Origin: Patescibacteria group bacterium UBA2591
GTDB lineage: Bacteria > Patescibacteriota > Patescibacteriia > UBA2591
NCBI GenBank assembly: GCA_002339755.1
Contig: DDKT01000055.1
Location: forward strand, 1 to 32,509
Length of the DNA stretch: 32,509 nt
Direction of reading: 5' to 3'
Shown: positions 13,530-23,167 of the stretch, piece after piece
Layout of the letters: the number at the start of each line of letters is the position of its first letter
Position numbering within the stretch: the stretch's first letter is position 1
The notes under the pieces: generated by a model
What the model was told of the DNA's origin: nothing
Databases searched by the model: none
The model's input: only the letters and a program-made list of their open reading frames with translations
Translations under genes and position numbers: made by a program

Positions 13530-15743
13530 ATGTTTCTTCAGAAACTTCAATTACAGGGATTTAAGTCTTTTGTTTATAAAACTAATCTCGAGTTTACCAA
13601 AGGAATTACCGCCATTATGGGGCCAAATGGATCGGGAAAGACAAATATAGTTGATGCTATTCGATGGGTCTTAGGTGAACAAAGCATGAAACTCCTTCGG
13701 GGAAAAAAGTCAGAAGATATTATCTTTGCTGGTAGCGACAAGAAAGCTCGTCTTGGCTTTACTGAAGTAAGTCTATATCTAAATAATGAAGATAATCAAA
13801 AAATAATAGATTATCGAGAAATAGTCATCTCAAGAAGACTTTACCGAGATGGAGAGAGTGAATATCTAATTAACAAAGCAAAAGTCAGACTTCAGGACAT
13901 TCTTCTTCTCTTAGCTAAAGCTCGTTTTGCTCAAAAATCTTATTCTATTATTGGACAAGGAATGATTGATTCTATTTTAGTTGCTTCTTCTGAAGAACGA
14001 AAAGTTTTCTTTGAAGAAGCTGCTGGAATAAAAGAGTATCAAATTAAACAAGAAGGAGCTTTACATAAATTAGAAATAACTAAAAGAAATCTAGAACAAG
14101 CAGAGCTTATTCTACGAGAAATCACCCCTCGTTTAAGATCACTTAATCGACAGACTAAAAAAATAGAACGACGAAAAGAAATAGAAGAAAAATTGCGAAA
14201 TCTTCAGCAAATTTATTACCATTCTTTATGGCAAGGGATTGAAGAAAAAATCAAGATTCAAGAATTAAAAATTAAAAATATAGAAAAGGAATATCAGGAA
14301 ACAAAAGAGGAGATTAAAAAAATTCAAACCCAATTAGAATTATTAGAAAAAGGAACCAAGAAGCTAGAAACTTATAACTACTTACAGAAAGAATATGAAG
14401 AACTCTTAGAAAAGAAAAATAGATTAAAGGAAAAAGAATTAATTTTAAGAAATAAAATTGATTCTGTTCAAAAAGGAGAAGAAAAATCGAGCTATATAGC
14501 ATCTTCTCAGATCATTCAAATCTTGGAGGAAATTAAAAAAGAATTAATTCAGATAGAAAAATTTGAAGAATTAGAAATAATAAAAAGAAGAAATAAAGAT
14601 TTACAAGAAAAATTAATCACGTTAATAGACAAAATAAAAGGACCTTCGCCAAATAAAGAGATTTTTTCTCCATTATTAAAAGATTTAGAAAAAACAAAAA
14701 GAGGATTAAAAGAGATTAATGGGAAAATAGAGAATATTCGAAGAGAGATTTTTTCTTTCGGCCAAAAAGAAGAGGAGGAAAGAAAGCGAATTTTTGATCT
14801 TCAACGGAAAAACCATCTTAAACAAGAGGAATTTAATAAGATATCTGAAAAATTGAACGAAATAGAGATAGAGTTAGCAAAATTAGAAACTAAAAGAGAA
14901 GATTTGGAATCTGAAATAGAAAGAGAATTGGGAAATAAAGAGCAAATTAAAATAATAGCAGAAAGAGTAGAGAAAAATAACAGAAACGAGGAAGAGCTTC
15001 GATTTGAAATTCAAAGATTGAAATACCAATTAGAATTAATTGGTGGAATTGATCCTGAAGTAATAAAAGAATATAATGAAACTAAAGAAAAATTTGAATT
15101 CTTAAATCAACAAAGCAGAGATCTTAAAGAAGCCATTAAATCATTGGAAAAGGTAATAGAAGAATTGAATCAGACCATTAAAAGGCGATTTGAAAGCAAC
15201 TTTAGAGAGATTAATGAGAAATTTGGGAAATATTTTAAAATGTTGTTTAATGGCGGTTTAGCAAAGTTAATACTTTTAAAAAAAGAAAATCTTTCTCCAA
15301 TTAAGGATAAAGAAAAATCAGAAGATGAAGACTTAAATTCATTTGGAAATTTAAATGAAAAATTGTCAAAAATAGAATCCTCTTTTTATTCAGGCGTGGA
15401 GATTCAAGTTACTCCACCAGGTAAAAGAATAAAAAATATCAATGTTTTATCTGGAGGTGAACGAGCTCTAACTTCTATTGCTTTAATTTGCGCTATTCTT
15501 GATACCAATCCTTCGCCTTTTGTTATTCTAGATGAAGTTGATGCTGCCTTAGATGAAGTTAATTCAGTTAAATTTGCTGAAATTTTAGAGAATTTTTCTA
15601 AAAAAATCCAGTTTGTTGTTATTACTCATAATCGGATCACCATGGAAAAAGCAAAGGTTCTTTATGGGGTGACTATGGGAGACGACGGCATCTCGCGGTT
15701 GCTTTCTGTAAAGTTAGAAGATTTAAGCGATGAACAAAATTAA
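13530..15743 (+). CDS. smc: SMC-family chromosome segregation ATPase, unusually short (737 aa)
   Basis: N-terminal LQLQGFKSF, Walker A GPNGSGKTN, FAGS, IIGQG. Long K/E-rich coiled coil. C-terminal signature LSGGERALTSIAL and Walker B FVILDEVDAALD. Confidence 0.85.
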   Translation: MFLQKLQLQGFKSFVYKTNLEFTKGITAIMGPNGSGKTNIVDAIRWVLGEQSMKLLRGKKSEDIIFAGSDKKARLGFTEVSLYLNNEDNQKIIDYREIVISRRLYRDGESEYLINKAKVRLQDILLLLAKARFAQKSYSIIGQGMIDSILVASSEERKVFFEEAAGIKEYQIKQEGALHKLEITKRNLEQAELILREITPRLRSLNRQTKKIERRKEIEEKLRNLQQIYYHSLWQGIEEKIKIQELKIKNIEKEYQETKEEIKKIQTQLELLEKGTKKLETYNYLQKEYEELLEKKNRLKEKELILRNKIDSVQKGEEKSSYIASSQIIQILEEIKKELIQIEKFEELEIIKRRNKDLQEKLITLIDKIKGPSPNKEIFSPLLKDLEKTKRGLKEINGKIENIRREIFSFGQKEEEERKRIFDLQRKNHLKQEEFNKISEKLNEIEIELAKLETKREDLESEIERELGNKEQIKIIAERVEKNNRNEEELRFEIQRLKYQLELIGGIDPEVIKEYNETKEKFEFLNQQSRDLKEAIKSLEKVIEELNQTIKRRFESNFREINEKFGKYFKMLFNGGLAKLILLKKENLSPIKDKEKSEDEDLNSFGNLNEKLSKIESSFYSGVEIQVTPPGKRIKNINVLSGGERALTSIALICAILDTNPSPFVILDEVDAALDEVNSVKFAEILENFSKKIQFVVITHNRITMEKAKVLYGVTMGDDGISRLLSVKLEDLSDEQN

Positions 15744-15788
15744 CTCAAGAGTTAAAGACAAAAGACAACTTTAATTTATTCCTAAGTT

Positions 15789-17990
15789 ATGTCTATTTCC
15801 TCTAAGAATTCAGCTGTTTCTTTTTCTTCTCAGGGGTTTACTCTGCCCGAGCTTTTAGTAACAATAATTACCATAGTTATTGTTTTTTTAGGTTTTTGGG
15901 GAGCGTTGACCATAACCCTTCGGGGGATCATGCAAGCTAGGTGTCGACTTCTAGCCTTAGAGATTGCTAATCAACAAATGGAAATCATCAGGAATTTTCC
16001 TTATGCCCAAATTGGCACAACCGAAGGTTGGCCTTCTGGCAATATCCCTTCTAATCAAATAATCACTAAAGAAAAAATAAATTTTACTATTAGAATTACT
16101 CCTCGATACATCGACGATCCTTTTGATGGCCTTGCTCCGCAAGATCGTATTCCTAATGACTATAAAAAAATAGAAATTCAAGTTACTTGGGATAAATATC
16201 CCTGCCCTAGTCCTGTTTCGCTTACTTCAACCTTTGCTCCTAAAGGACTTGAAACAACTACTGGCACAGGGACTCTTTTTATTACTGTTTTTAATGCCTC
16301 AGGTCAGCCAGTTCCTCAAGCTCAAATCCAAGTAAAAAATATTTTTCTAACTCCAAATATTATTATTAATGATCGAACTGATAATGATGGTGAATTAAAA
16401 ATCTATGCCTTGCCAATTTCAGTCGAACGTTATCAAATTAAGGTGACTAAATCCGGCTACAGCGCTGACTATACAATTACTCCAAACACTTTAGGAAATT
16501 CAACACCAATTAAACCAGATGTTTCAATTATTGAAGGAGAAATAACTTCTGTTTCTTTTAATATTGATAAATTAAGTACTGTTAATATTTTTACAGTTAA
16601 CGAAAGATGTTCTTCCATAGAAAATATTTCTTTTACTCTTTCAGGGGGAAAGTTGATCGGTACTGAACCTGATGTAGTTAAATATTCTCAAAATCTTACT
16701 ACTAATATTCAGGGCCAGCTTTCTTTATCTTTAGAGTGGGATACTTACAATATTAATTTAAATTCTTCTTTCTATGATTTAGCTGGTTCTAATCCCTTAC
16801 TTCCTTTAGAACTTATGCCTGATACAGTTCTTGATTTATATTTAGTTTTGAAAGAAAGAAGCGATCATAAACTTTTAGTTATTATTAAAGATGCTGGAAA
16901 TGGACAACCTATTTCTGGGGCTGAAGTAATCCTTACCAAAGCTGCTTTTTCCCAAACAAAAATCACGGGTTTTGGAATTTGGACTCAAACTGATTGGCAG
17001 GAGGGGCCTGGACAAAGAGACTTTATTAATGAAAAGAAGTATTGGGAAGATGATAAAGGAGTTGATACTACTTCTTCTCCTGGAAATGTTCTTTTATACT
17101 CAGGCCCGCCTTATTTAAGTTTTGAAGAAGAGTTCAAAGATACAGCCTACAAAGATCAAGAGACAACTACTGCTATTTGGGACACTGTTCAAGAAGAAGT
17201 AAGGCTTCCGCAGGTTAATGGGGAATATCTAACTCAAGCAGCTGTTCAATCTTTAAAACTTAATCTTGATCCCAGAATTATTAGTCGAGTTACTCTAGGC
17301 GTTGAGCAAGATCTGAATGGTCAAACTATAGATTATTTCCTTTCAGCTGATGGAGGAGAACATTTTGAAATAGTTAATCCAGGAGAAACGCATGAATTCA
17401 TTTGGCCAGGAAATGATCTCCGCTGGAAAGCTTTGCTTAGAACCGATAATTCTTTAGTTACTCCTTCTATTGAAGAGGTAGATATTTCTTATACTTTTGC
17501 TGATACTTATGTTTCTAGCGGGAATCTTACTTCTTCTATTTTTGACACTGGTCATTTAAGCCCTAATTATGGCGCTCTAAGATGGGGACCTGGAACCCAA
17601 AACCCAGATTGCGGAGCCAATTGTTTAAAATTTCAAATTGCTAGCTCTCCTACTAATGTTACTGAAACAGTCTGGACTTTTCTTGGTCCTAATGGAGCTG
17701 AAAATACTTATTATACTGTCAGCAATACTTCTATTTATTCTGGTCATGATAATCATCGTTTTATCAGATATAAAGCTTTTCTTTCTACTCAGAACAAAGA
17801 AGTTTCTCCAATTCTTTCAGATGTTTTTATTGCTTATACCGCTCTTTGTTCTAAACCAGGCCAAGTCTTTTTCCCTAATTTAGAAGCAGGAGTTTATAAT
17901 ATCACCATCAAAATGCCTGGTTATGTTTCCTATTCAGATACTATTAATGTTTCTCAGATAGACCGATTAGAGATACCATTATCAAAGTAG
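15789..17990 (+). CDS. large prepilin-type N-terminal cleavage/methylation domain protein (733 aa) with CarboxypepD_reg-like beta-sandwich repeats
   Basis: N-terminus has SQG/FTLPELLVTIITIVIV (G-FTLxE prepilin motif). Repeated segments include LFITVFNASGQPVPQAQIQVKN...TDNDGEL..Y.I.V.KSGY and LLVIIKDAGNGQPISGAEVILTK. Confidence 0.75.
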   Translation: MSISSKNSAVSFSSQGFTLPELLVTIITIVIVFLGFWGALTITLRGIMQARCRLLALEIANQQMEIIRNFPYAQIGTTEGWPSGNIPSNQIITKEKINFTIRITPRYIDDPFDGLAPQDRIPNDYKKIEIQVTWDKYPCPSPVSLTSTFAPKGLETTTGTGTLFITVFNASGQPVPQAQIQVKNIFLTPNIIINDRTDNDGELKIYALPISVERYQIKVTKSGYSADYTITPNTLGNSTPIKPDVSIIEGEITSVSFNIDKLSTVNIFTVNERCSSIENISFTLSGGKLIGTEPDVVKYSQNLTTNIQGQLSLSLEWDTYNINLNSSFYDLAGSNPLLPLELMPDTVLDLYLVLKERSDHKLLVIIKDAGNGQPISGAEVILTKAAFSQTKITGFGIWTQTDWQEGPGQRDFINEKKYWEDDKGVDTTSSPGNVLLYSGPPYLSFEEEFKDTAYKDQETTTAIWDTVQEEVRLPQVNGEYLTQAAVQSLKLNLDPRIISRVTLGVEQDLNGQTIDYFLSADGGEHFEIVNPGETHEFIWPGNDLRWKALLRTDNSLVTPSIEEVDISYTFADTYVSSGNLTSSIFDTGHLSPNYGALRWGPGTQNPDCGANCLKFQIASSPTNVTETVWTFLGPNGAENTYYTVSNTSIYSGHDNHRFIRYKAFLSTQNKEVSPILSDVFIAYTALCSKPGQVFFPNLEAGVYNITIKMPGYVSYSDTINVSQIDRLEIPLSK

Positions 17991-18044
17991 CTATTATACT
18001 GATATCGTTTAATTCTTTTATCTTTCAGTTTCTATTTTTCTTTC

Positions 18045-18641
18045 ATGTCTAACAAAAATTCTGGTCTTTCTCTGATTGAGACTATAGTGGGTATAGGTAT
18101 TTTTACAATAGCTATCACAGCTATAACTATTTTTATTATTCAAAATTACCAGGTTCTTCGTCGAATTAATCAACAAATCGAAGCTCAAAATCAGGCTCGG
18201 AAAGCAATAAAGATGATAATCTCCGAATTACGAAATGCTAATCTTGCTGATACTGGCGCTTATACTATTGAATCTGCCACTTTAAACTCTTTAACATTTT
18301 TTTCTAATATTGATTCTCAAAGTGATAGAGAAAGAATCAGATATTTTTTGGAAGAAAATAATTTAAAAAAGGGAGTAATTAAGCCAAGCGGCAATCCCCT
18401 TAAATACGATCCGATCAATGAAAATATTTCTGTAGCAGCTCGTTATACAAGAAATCTCTCTTTTGCCTATTATGATGGGAATTATACAGGAGTTGAGCCA
18501 CCTCTTGCGTCACCTATTAATGTTACTAAAATAAAAATGGTCAAAGTTTCTTTGACCATTGATGTTGACCCACATACCACTCCACCAGGTTTTACTTTAG
18601 AATCAGAAGTGAATTTGAGGAATTTGAAAGAGAATTTGTGA
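18045..18641 (+). CDS. prepilin-type N-terminal domain protein (minor pilin / pseudopilin-like)
   Basis: N-terminus has NSG/LSLIETIVGIGIFTIAITAI. Confidence 0.7.
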   Translation: MSNKNSGLSLIETIVGIGIFTIAITAITIFIIQNYQVLRRINQQIEAQNQARKAIKMIISELRNANLADTGAYTIESATLNSLTFFSNIDSQSDRERIRYFLEENNLKKGVIKPSGNPLKYDPINENISVAARYTRNLSFAYYDGNYTGVEPPLASPINVTKIKMVKVSLTIDVDPHTTPPGFTLESEVNLRNLKENL

Positions 18642-18774
18642 TGGTTAATCAATATAAATCTTTAACTTTTATTCAAAATGAGAAAATAAAATTTAGAAAA
18701 AAGAGACATGGCTGTCTATGTCCTTAATCTATATTCTTAAATGGACTAGACCATCCATGTCCTTAAAAAGCAGT

Positions 18775-19251
18775 TCAATCTTGTCTTTCTTTTAGAAAGA
18801 ACTGGATCATGGCATCGCTATTCTTTGAGGCTGATTTTAATGATTTTAATAACATTTTTGACGTTCTTTTCAGCCATTCTTTAATTACCCTTTCTCTCTC
18901 TTCTATCTCTTCTTTCTGTTTAACGACTCTTTTTAAATCTTTTTCTAATGAGCTTTTATGTTCTTTTAGCACTTCTTCCAGCGGACGACTTAATGGATCA
19001 CACACATCATAGTCTTCTCCACTATATCCACAATTAGAACACTGATAAAAAGCCATTTCCAAACAATAATTATAATCTATACAGCTCAGGCTCTCCTTCC
19101 CACAACAAAGACATTTTATTTTTAAATTCGATTGAAATCTTGACTGCTCTTTCTCCAAATAATCTTTCTCCAAACGATCTAATTCTTTTACATAAAGCCC
19201 CTTCTTTTCGAAGCTATTTACTTCTGAAGATTCTTTTTTCTTCATTTTCAT
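18775..19251 (-). CDS. hypothetical coiled-coil protein with central 4-Cys zinc ribbon (158 aa)
   Basis: AAAAGGAGGAA sits 6 nt upstream of the ATG on the minus strand. Contains CLCCGKE...YQCSNCGY flanked by K/E-rich helices. Opposite strand to the surrounding pilus genes. Confidence 0.6.
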   Translation of the reverse strand: MKMKKKESSEVNSFEKKGLYVKELDRLEKDYLEKEQSRFQSNLKIKCLCCGKESLSCIDYNYCLEMAFYQCSNCGYSGEDYDVCDPLSRPLEEVLKEHKSSLEKDLKRVVKQKEEIEERERVIKEWLKRTSKMLLKSLKSASKNSDAMIQFFLKERQD

Positions 19252-19372
19252 TCCTCCTTTTTCTACCCTTTTTCTGCCTTGAGGTTTATTTCCTACTTTT
19301 CTCTCTCCCTCCTTTTGTCTTTTGGCAGTTAATTCTTGTCCTTCTTTAAGGACAATTTAGATTATCATTTCT

Positions 19373-20791
19373 ATGCTACCACAACTAAAAAAATTTGTCA
19401 AACCTCTTAGTCAATTAATCTTTCAACAGCCATCTTCCCGGGGCATTGGTCTTATTCTTGTTATTGTCTTTATGGCTATTTTTCTTTTTCTTGGTACTGG
19501 AACCTTGCATTGGGTAAGCTTACAAAATAAGATCAGTTTTCAAAGAGTTCAAGAAGAAAATGCCCTTCAAATTGCTGAAGCAGGAATAAATTATTATCGA
19601 TGGCATTTAGCGCACGACAATAATGATTATCAAGATGGAACTGGAGGACCAGGGCCTTATATTCATGATTATAAAGATGTTTCTGGTAAAATAATAGGAA
19701 AATTTTCCTTAGAAATTGATCCACCGTCAGTAGGCTCAACAGTAGTTACTATTAAATCAACCGGCTGGACTTTAGCTAATCCTAATATAAAAAGAAAAAT
19801 AATCTCAAAGATTGGCATCCCTTCATATGCTGAATATTCATTTTTAACCAATACTGATGTCTGGTTTGGCGACAGAGAGCATGTTTCTGGCAAAATGCAC
19901 GCTAATGGCGGTATCCGTTTTGATGGAGTTTGCGATTCTATACTTTCATCTGCCAAGCAAACCTATATTTGCAAACCTCATCACGGTTGCGGGAATCAAC
20001 CAAAGCCTGGAATTTGGGGAGATGGAGGACCAAAAGAATTTTGGCGCTTTCCTGTACCAGCTGTTGATTTTGATGTTATTACTGTAAATTTAGCAGAGAT
20101 AAAGGCAGGAGCTCAGTCCCAAGGAGTTTATCTGCCTCCTTCAGGTACTTATGGTTGGCATCTTAAATTCAAAAGCGATGGAACTTTTGATATTTTTAAA
20201 GTAATTCAGCTTCATCATTTAAGATGGGGCTATTCTACTCACAAACGCTGGATTCGCTCTGCTGATGATATAAAAAATGAAGTGTTTGTTGAAAATAAGG
20301 CTATTCCTGCCAATGGTTTAGTTTTTGTTGAAGATAAAGTCTGGGTTGATGGAATAGTAAGAGGCAGGGTAACTGTTGCTTCCGGAAGGTTCCCTGTGAA
20401 TCCTAATACTTATACTTCTATTGTTATTCCTAATAATTTAGTCTATACTAAAAAAGATGGCTCTGATGTTTTGGGATTAATTGCTCAAAATGACATTTTA
20501 ATTCCTAGATTTTCTCCTGATGTCTTAGAAATACACGGCGCCTTAATCGCCCAAAATGGAGCTACTCAAAGATATTATTATCCAGGAAATATTTTGGATC
20601 GATTGACTACTTATGGTACTCTTATTTCTAATCAAGTTTGGACTTGGACTTGGGTTTCAGGAGGGGGAGCGGTAATCTCAGGTTATCGAAATACTTTTAC
20701 TACTTATGATCCTAATTTGATTTTTGCTCCGCCTCCCTTTTTCCCCAAAAAAGAAAACTTTGAAATTTTGTCTTGGGAAGAAATAAAATAA
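19373..20791 (+). CDS. pilus-associated membrane-anchored protein (PilX N-terminal-like), 472 aa
   Basis: N-terminal SSRGIGLILVIVFMAIFLFL anchor and a large Gly/Trp-rich extracellular part. Located within the pilus cluster. Confidence 0.55.
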   Translation: MLPQLKKFVKPLSQLIFQQPSSRGIGLILVIVFMAIFLFLGTGTLHWVSLQNKISFQRVQEENALQIAEAGINYYRWHLAHDNNDYQDGTGGPGPYIHDYKDVSGKIIGKFSLEIDPPSVGSTVVTIKSTGWTLANPNIKRKIISKIGIPSYAEYSFLTNTDVWFGDREHVSGKMHANGGIRFDGVCDSILSSAKQTYICKPHHGCGNQPKPGIWGDGGPKEFWRFPVPAVDFDVITVNLAEIKAGAQSQGVYLPPSGTYGWHLKFKSDGTFDIFKVIQLHHLRWGYSTHKRWIRSADDIKNEVFVENKAIPANGLVFVEDKVWVDGIVRGRVTVASGRFPVNPNTYTSIVIPNNLVYTKKDGSDVLGLIAQNDILIPRFSPDVLEIHGALIAQNGATQRYYYPGNILDRLTTYGTLISNQVWTWTWVSGGGAVISGYRNTFTTYDPNLIFAPPPFFPKKENFEILSWEEIK

Positions 20792-20895
20792 AATTTATCG
20801 CTCTAGAAAGCTTTATAAATTTTATATCTAGTTCGTTGAATTATTCAACAGTTTCCTTTTTAGTAATGCAAAATTTTAAAAACATAGTTTAAATT

Positions 20896-21933
20896 ATGCA
20901 ACCTCCATTTGGTCTTGATATTTCTGATTCATCTTTAAAATTAATAAGTTTCAGAAAAAGAAATAAACAAATTAAACTGGTTTCTTATAATCAAATAGAA
21001 GTGCCAGAGGGTTATTTTATAGATGGCGAAATTAAAGAAAAAGAAAAAATTATTGAACTTATTCAAGCCCTTATCTCTACCACTAAAGGAGAAAAAATCA
21101 AAACTCCCTACCTTATTTCTACTCTGCCAGAAACAAAGACTTTTATTAAATTGATTGAAATACCCGTCTCTTTTGAAAAAGTAGATCTTGAAATCATCAA
21201 AAAAGAAATTATCCAACATATTCCTCTGCCTTTAGAGGAGGTTTATCTTGATTGGCAAAAAATTGCTACTAAAGAGGGCAAATTAAAAATACTTGTTAGT
21301 GTTTGTCCAAAGAGAATTGTTGAAAGTTATCTTTCTCTTCTTGAGAGAGCTGGGTTAAAGCCTTTGGCTTTAGAACCAGAATCAGCTAGCCTTAGTCGAG
21401 CTATTGTTAAAGAAGATTTTTTAGAAGGTTTGATTATCCTTGATTTAGGAGCAAAGAGAAGTAGCATTATTGTATTCGACTATGGAACAATTCAATTTAC
21501 TGTAACTCTTTCTATTTCTGGAGAAAAAATCACTAAAACTATTTCTGAAAAACTAAAGATTACTTTAGAAGAGGCAGAAAAAGCAAAAATTATTTGTGGT
21601 TTTGAAGAAAAAAAATGCCAAGGCATCTTAGAAGAAATGCTCTTCTCCGTTGTAGAAGATTTAACAAAGAAAATAGAAGAAGCTATTAATTTTTATAAAG
21701 AAAACCATTTACCTCCTGATCATCGAAAAATAACAAAAATTTTCCTCTGTGGAGGGGGAGCAAATTTTAAGGGTCTTGAAGAAATCCTTTCTCAAAGACT
21801 TAAACTCGAAGTAAAAAAAGCAAATCCGCTTTTAGGTCTAGAATTTTCTTCTGGACTTAATCTTAACCAAACTGAAGCTTTAATTTACGCTACAGCTATC
21901 GGCTTGGCCTTAAGAGGACTTGAAAGTGTCTAA
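20896..21933 (+). CDS. pilM: type IV pilus assembly protein PilM (actin-like ATPase fold)
   Basis: FGLDISDSSLKLI, ILDLGAKRSSI, FLCGGGANFKGL. Confidence 0.85.
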   Translation: MQPPFGLDISDSSLKLISFRKRNKQIKLVSYNQIEVPEGYFIDGEIKEKEKIIELIQALISTTKGEKIKTPYLISTLPETKTFIKLIEIPVSFEKVDLEIIKKEIIQHIPLPLEEVYLDWQKIATKEGKLKILVSVCPKRIVESYLSLLERAGLKPLALEPESASLSRAIVKEDFLEGLIILDLGAKRSSIIVFDYGTIQFTVTLSISGEKITKTISEKLKITLEEAEKAKIICGFEEKKCQGILEEMLFSVVEDLTKKIEEAINFYKENHLPPDHRKITKIFLCGGGANFKGLEEILSQRLKLEVKKANPLLGLEFSSGLNLNQTEALIYATAIGLALRGLESV

Positions 21934-21993
21934 AAATTTTAAATTCTCAAAAAGATAAAATTTAAAACTAGGAATTCAAACGTCAAAATCCAT

Positions 21994-22524
21994 ATGATCA
22001 AAATTACTTTGAATCTTCTTCCGCCAATTTATATTAGTTTGATAGAGAAAGAAAAAATCTATCAAATAATCAAGAAATGTCTAGTTATATTTTTAATAGT
22101 TTTGATTAACATTGGTTTAGTCTTATTTTTTGCTAAAAAAATTTTAGAGAGAAATTTCCAGGTTTTAACTGCTCAAAATATAAAGATAATTCCTCGGATT
22201 GCTCCTTTTAATAAAAAAATTCAAGAAATAAACAATACTCTTAAGGTAATTAAAGAAGTTCAGACTAAAACCAAAGATCCGACGCTTTATCTTTTAGAAC
22301 TTTCCAAAATTATCCCCCGAAACATAAAAATTACTTCTCTCCAATTAGATTTAGAAAACAATTCTGCAAAAATTAAAGGCCGGGCTCAGAAAAGACCCGA
22401 TCTCTTAAAATTCAAAAATAATTTAGAGACTTCTGCTAAATTTATCGATCTTAAAATTCCTCTAGGCACTCTTCTATTAAAAGATAAGATCGATTTTGAG
22501 ATTGATTTTTTACTTGTTGAATAA
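21994..22524 (+). CDS. pilN: PilN-like pilus assembly protein
   Basis: N-terminal I.LNLLP motif followed by a single TM segment. Positioned directly after pilM. Confidence 0.65.
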   Translation: MIKITLNLLPPIYISLIEKEKIYQIIKKCLVIFLIVLINIGLVLFFAKKILERNFQVLTAQNIKIIPRIAPFNKKIQEINNTLKVIKEVQTKTKDPTLYLLELSKIIPRNIKITSLQLDLENNSAKIKGRAQKRPDLLKFKNNLETSAKFIDLKIPLGTLLLKDKIDFEIDFLLVE

Positions 22525-22551
22525 TTCTTTATCAAATTGACTTCCTAATCT

Positions 22552-23139
22552 ATGAATTCAAAAACTAAATCTTTTCTCTTTTTTCTCAGTTTTAATATAA
22601 TCATTATTTTAATTATTATAATATTTTTTATCTCACCAGATATTTTCCAAATTAAAAGATTAAGTGAAGCTATTTATGAAGAAAGGATAAGATTGGAAAG
22701 TTTATACAATCAAGGCTTGGTTTTAAAAAAAGTTAGGGAAGAATTAAATCGTATAACTCCTCAGGCCGAGGTTCTTCAAAGTCTTTTTATTCCTAAAGGA
22801 CAAGAACTTGTATTTATCACTACTTTAGAAGAATTAGCTTTAAAAAATAAAATTGAACAAGAAATAAATTTAGATCTTCTTCAACAAAAAGAAATCGAAA
22901 AAGGTTATAAAGTTATTCCTCTTCGACTTGTTCTAAAAGGGAACTTTTTAAAAATTCTTAAATATCTTTTAGAATTAGAAAGATTGGATTATTATCTTAA
23001 CATTGACTCTTTGCATTTAGAAAGTATAAGCAAAACTCCTTATAGAGATCGATTATTGTCTGACCTTTACTCTTCTTCAAAAGAGTCTCAAATTCAAGCT
23101 ATTATTTCTCTTTTAAGTTATTGGCGAGAAACGCCTTAA
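22552..23139 (+). CDS. pilO: PilO-like pilus assembly protein
   Basis: Single N-terminal TM, coiled-coil segment, C-terminal alpha/beta part. Call rests on position after pilM-pilN. Confidence 0.5.
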   Translation: MNSKTKSFLFFLSFNIIIILIIIIFFISPDIFQIKRLSEAIYEERIRLESLYNQGLVLKKVREELNRITPQAEVLQSLFIPKGQELVFITTLEELALKNKIEQEINLDLLQQKEIEKGYKVIPLRLVLKGNFLKILKYLLELERLDYYLNIDSLHLESISKTPYRDRLLSDLYSSSKESQIQAIISLLSYWRETP

Positions 23140-23167
23140 ATTAATTTCAACTTTTGATGGTTTTGCT

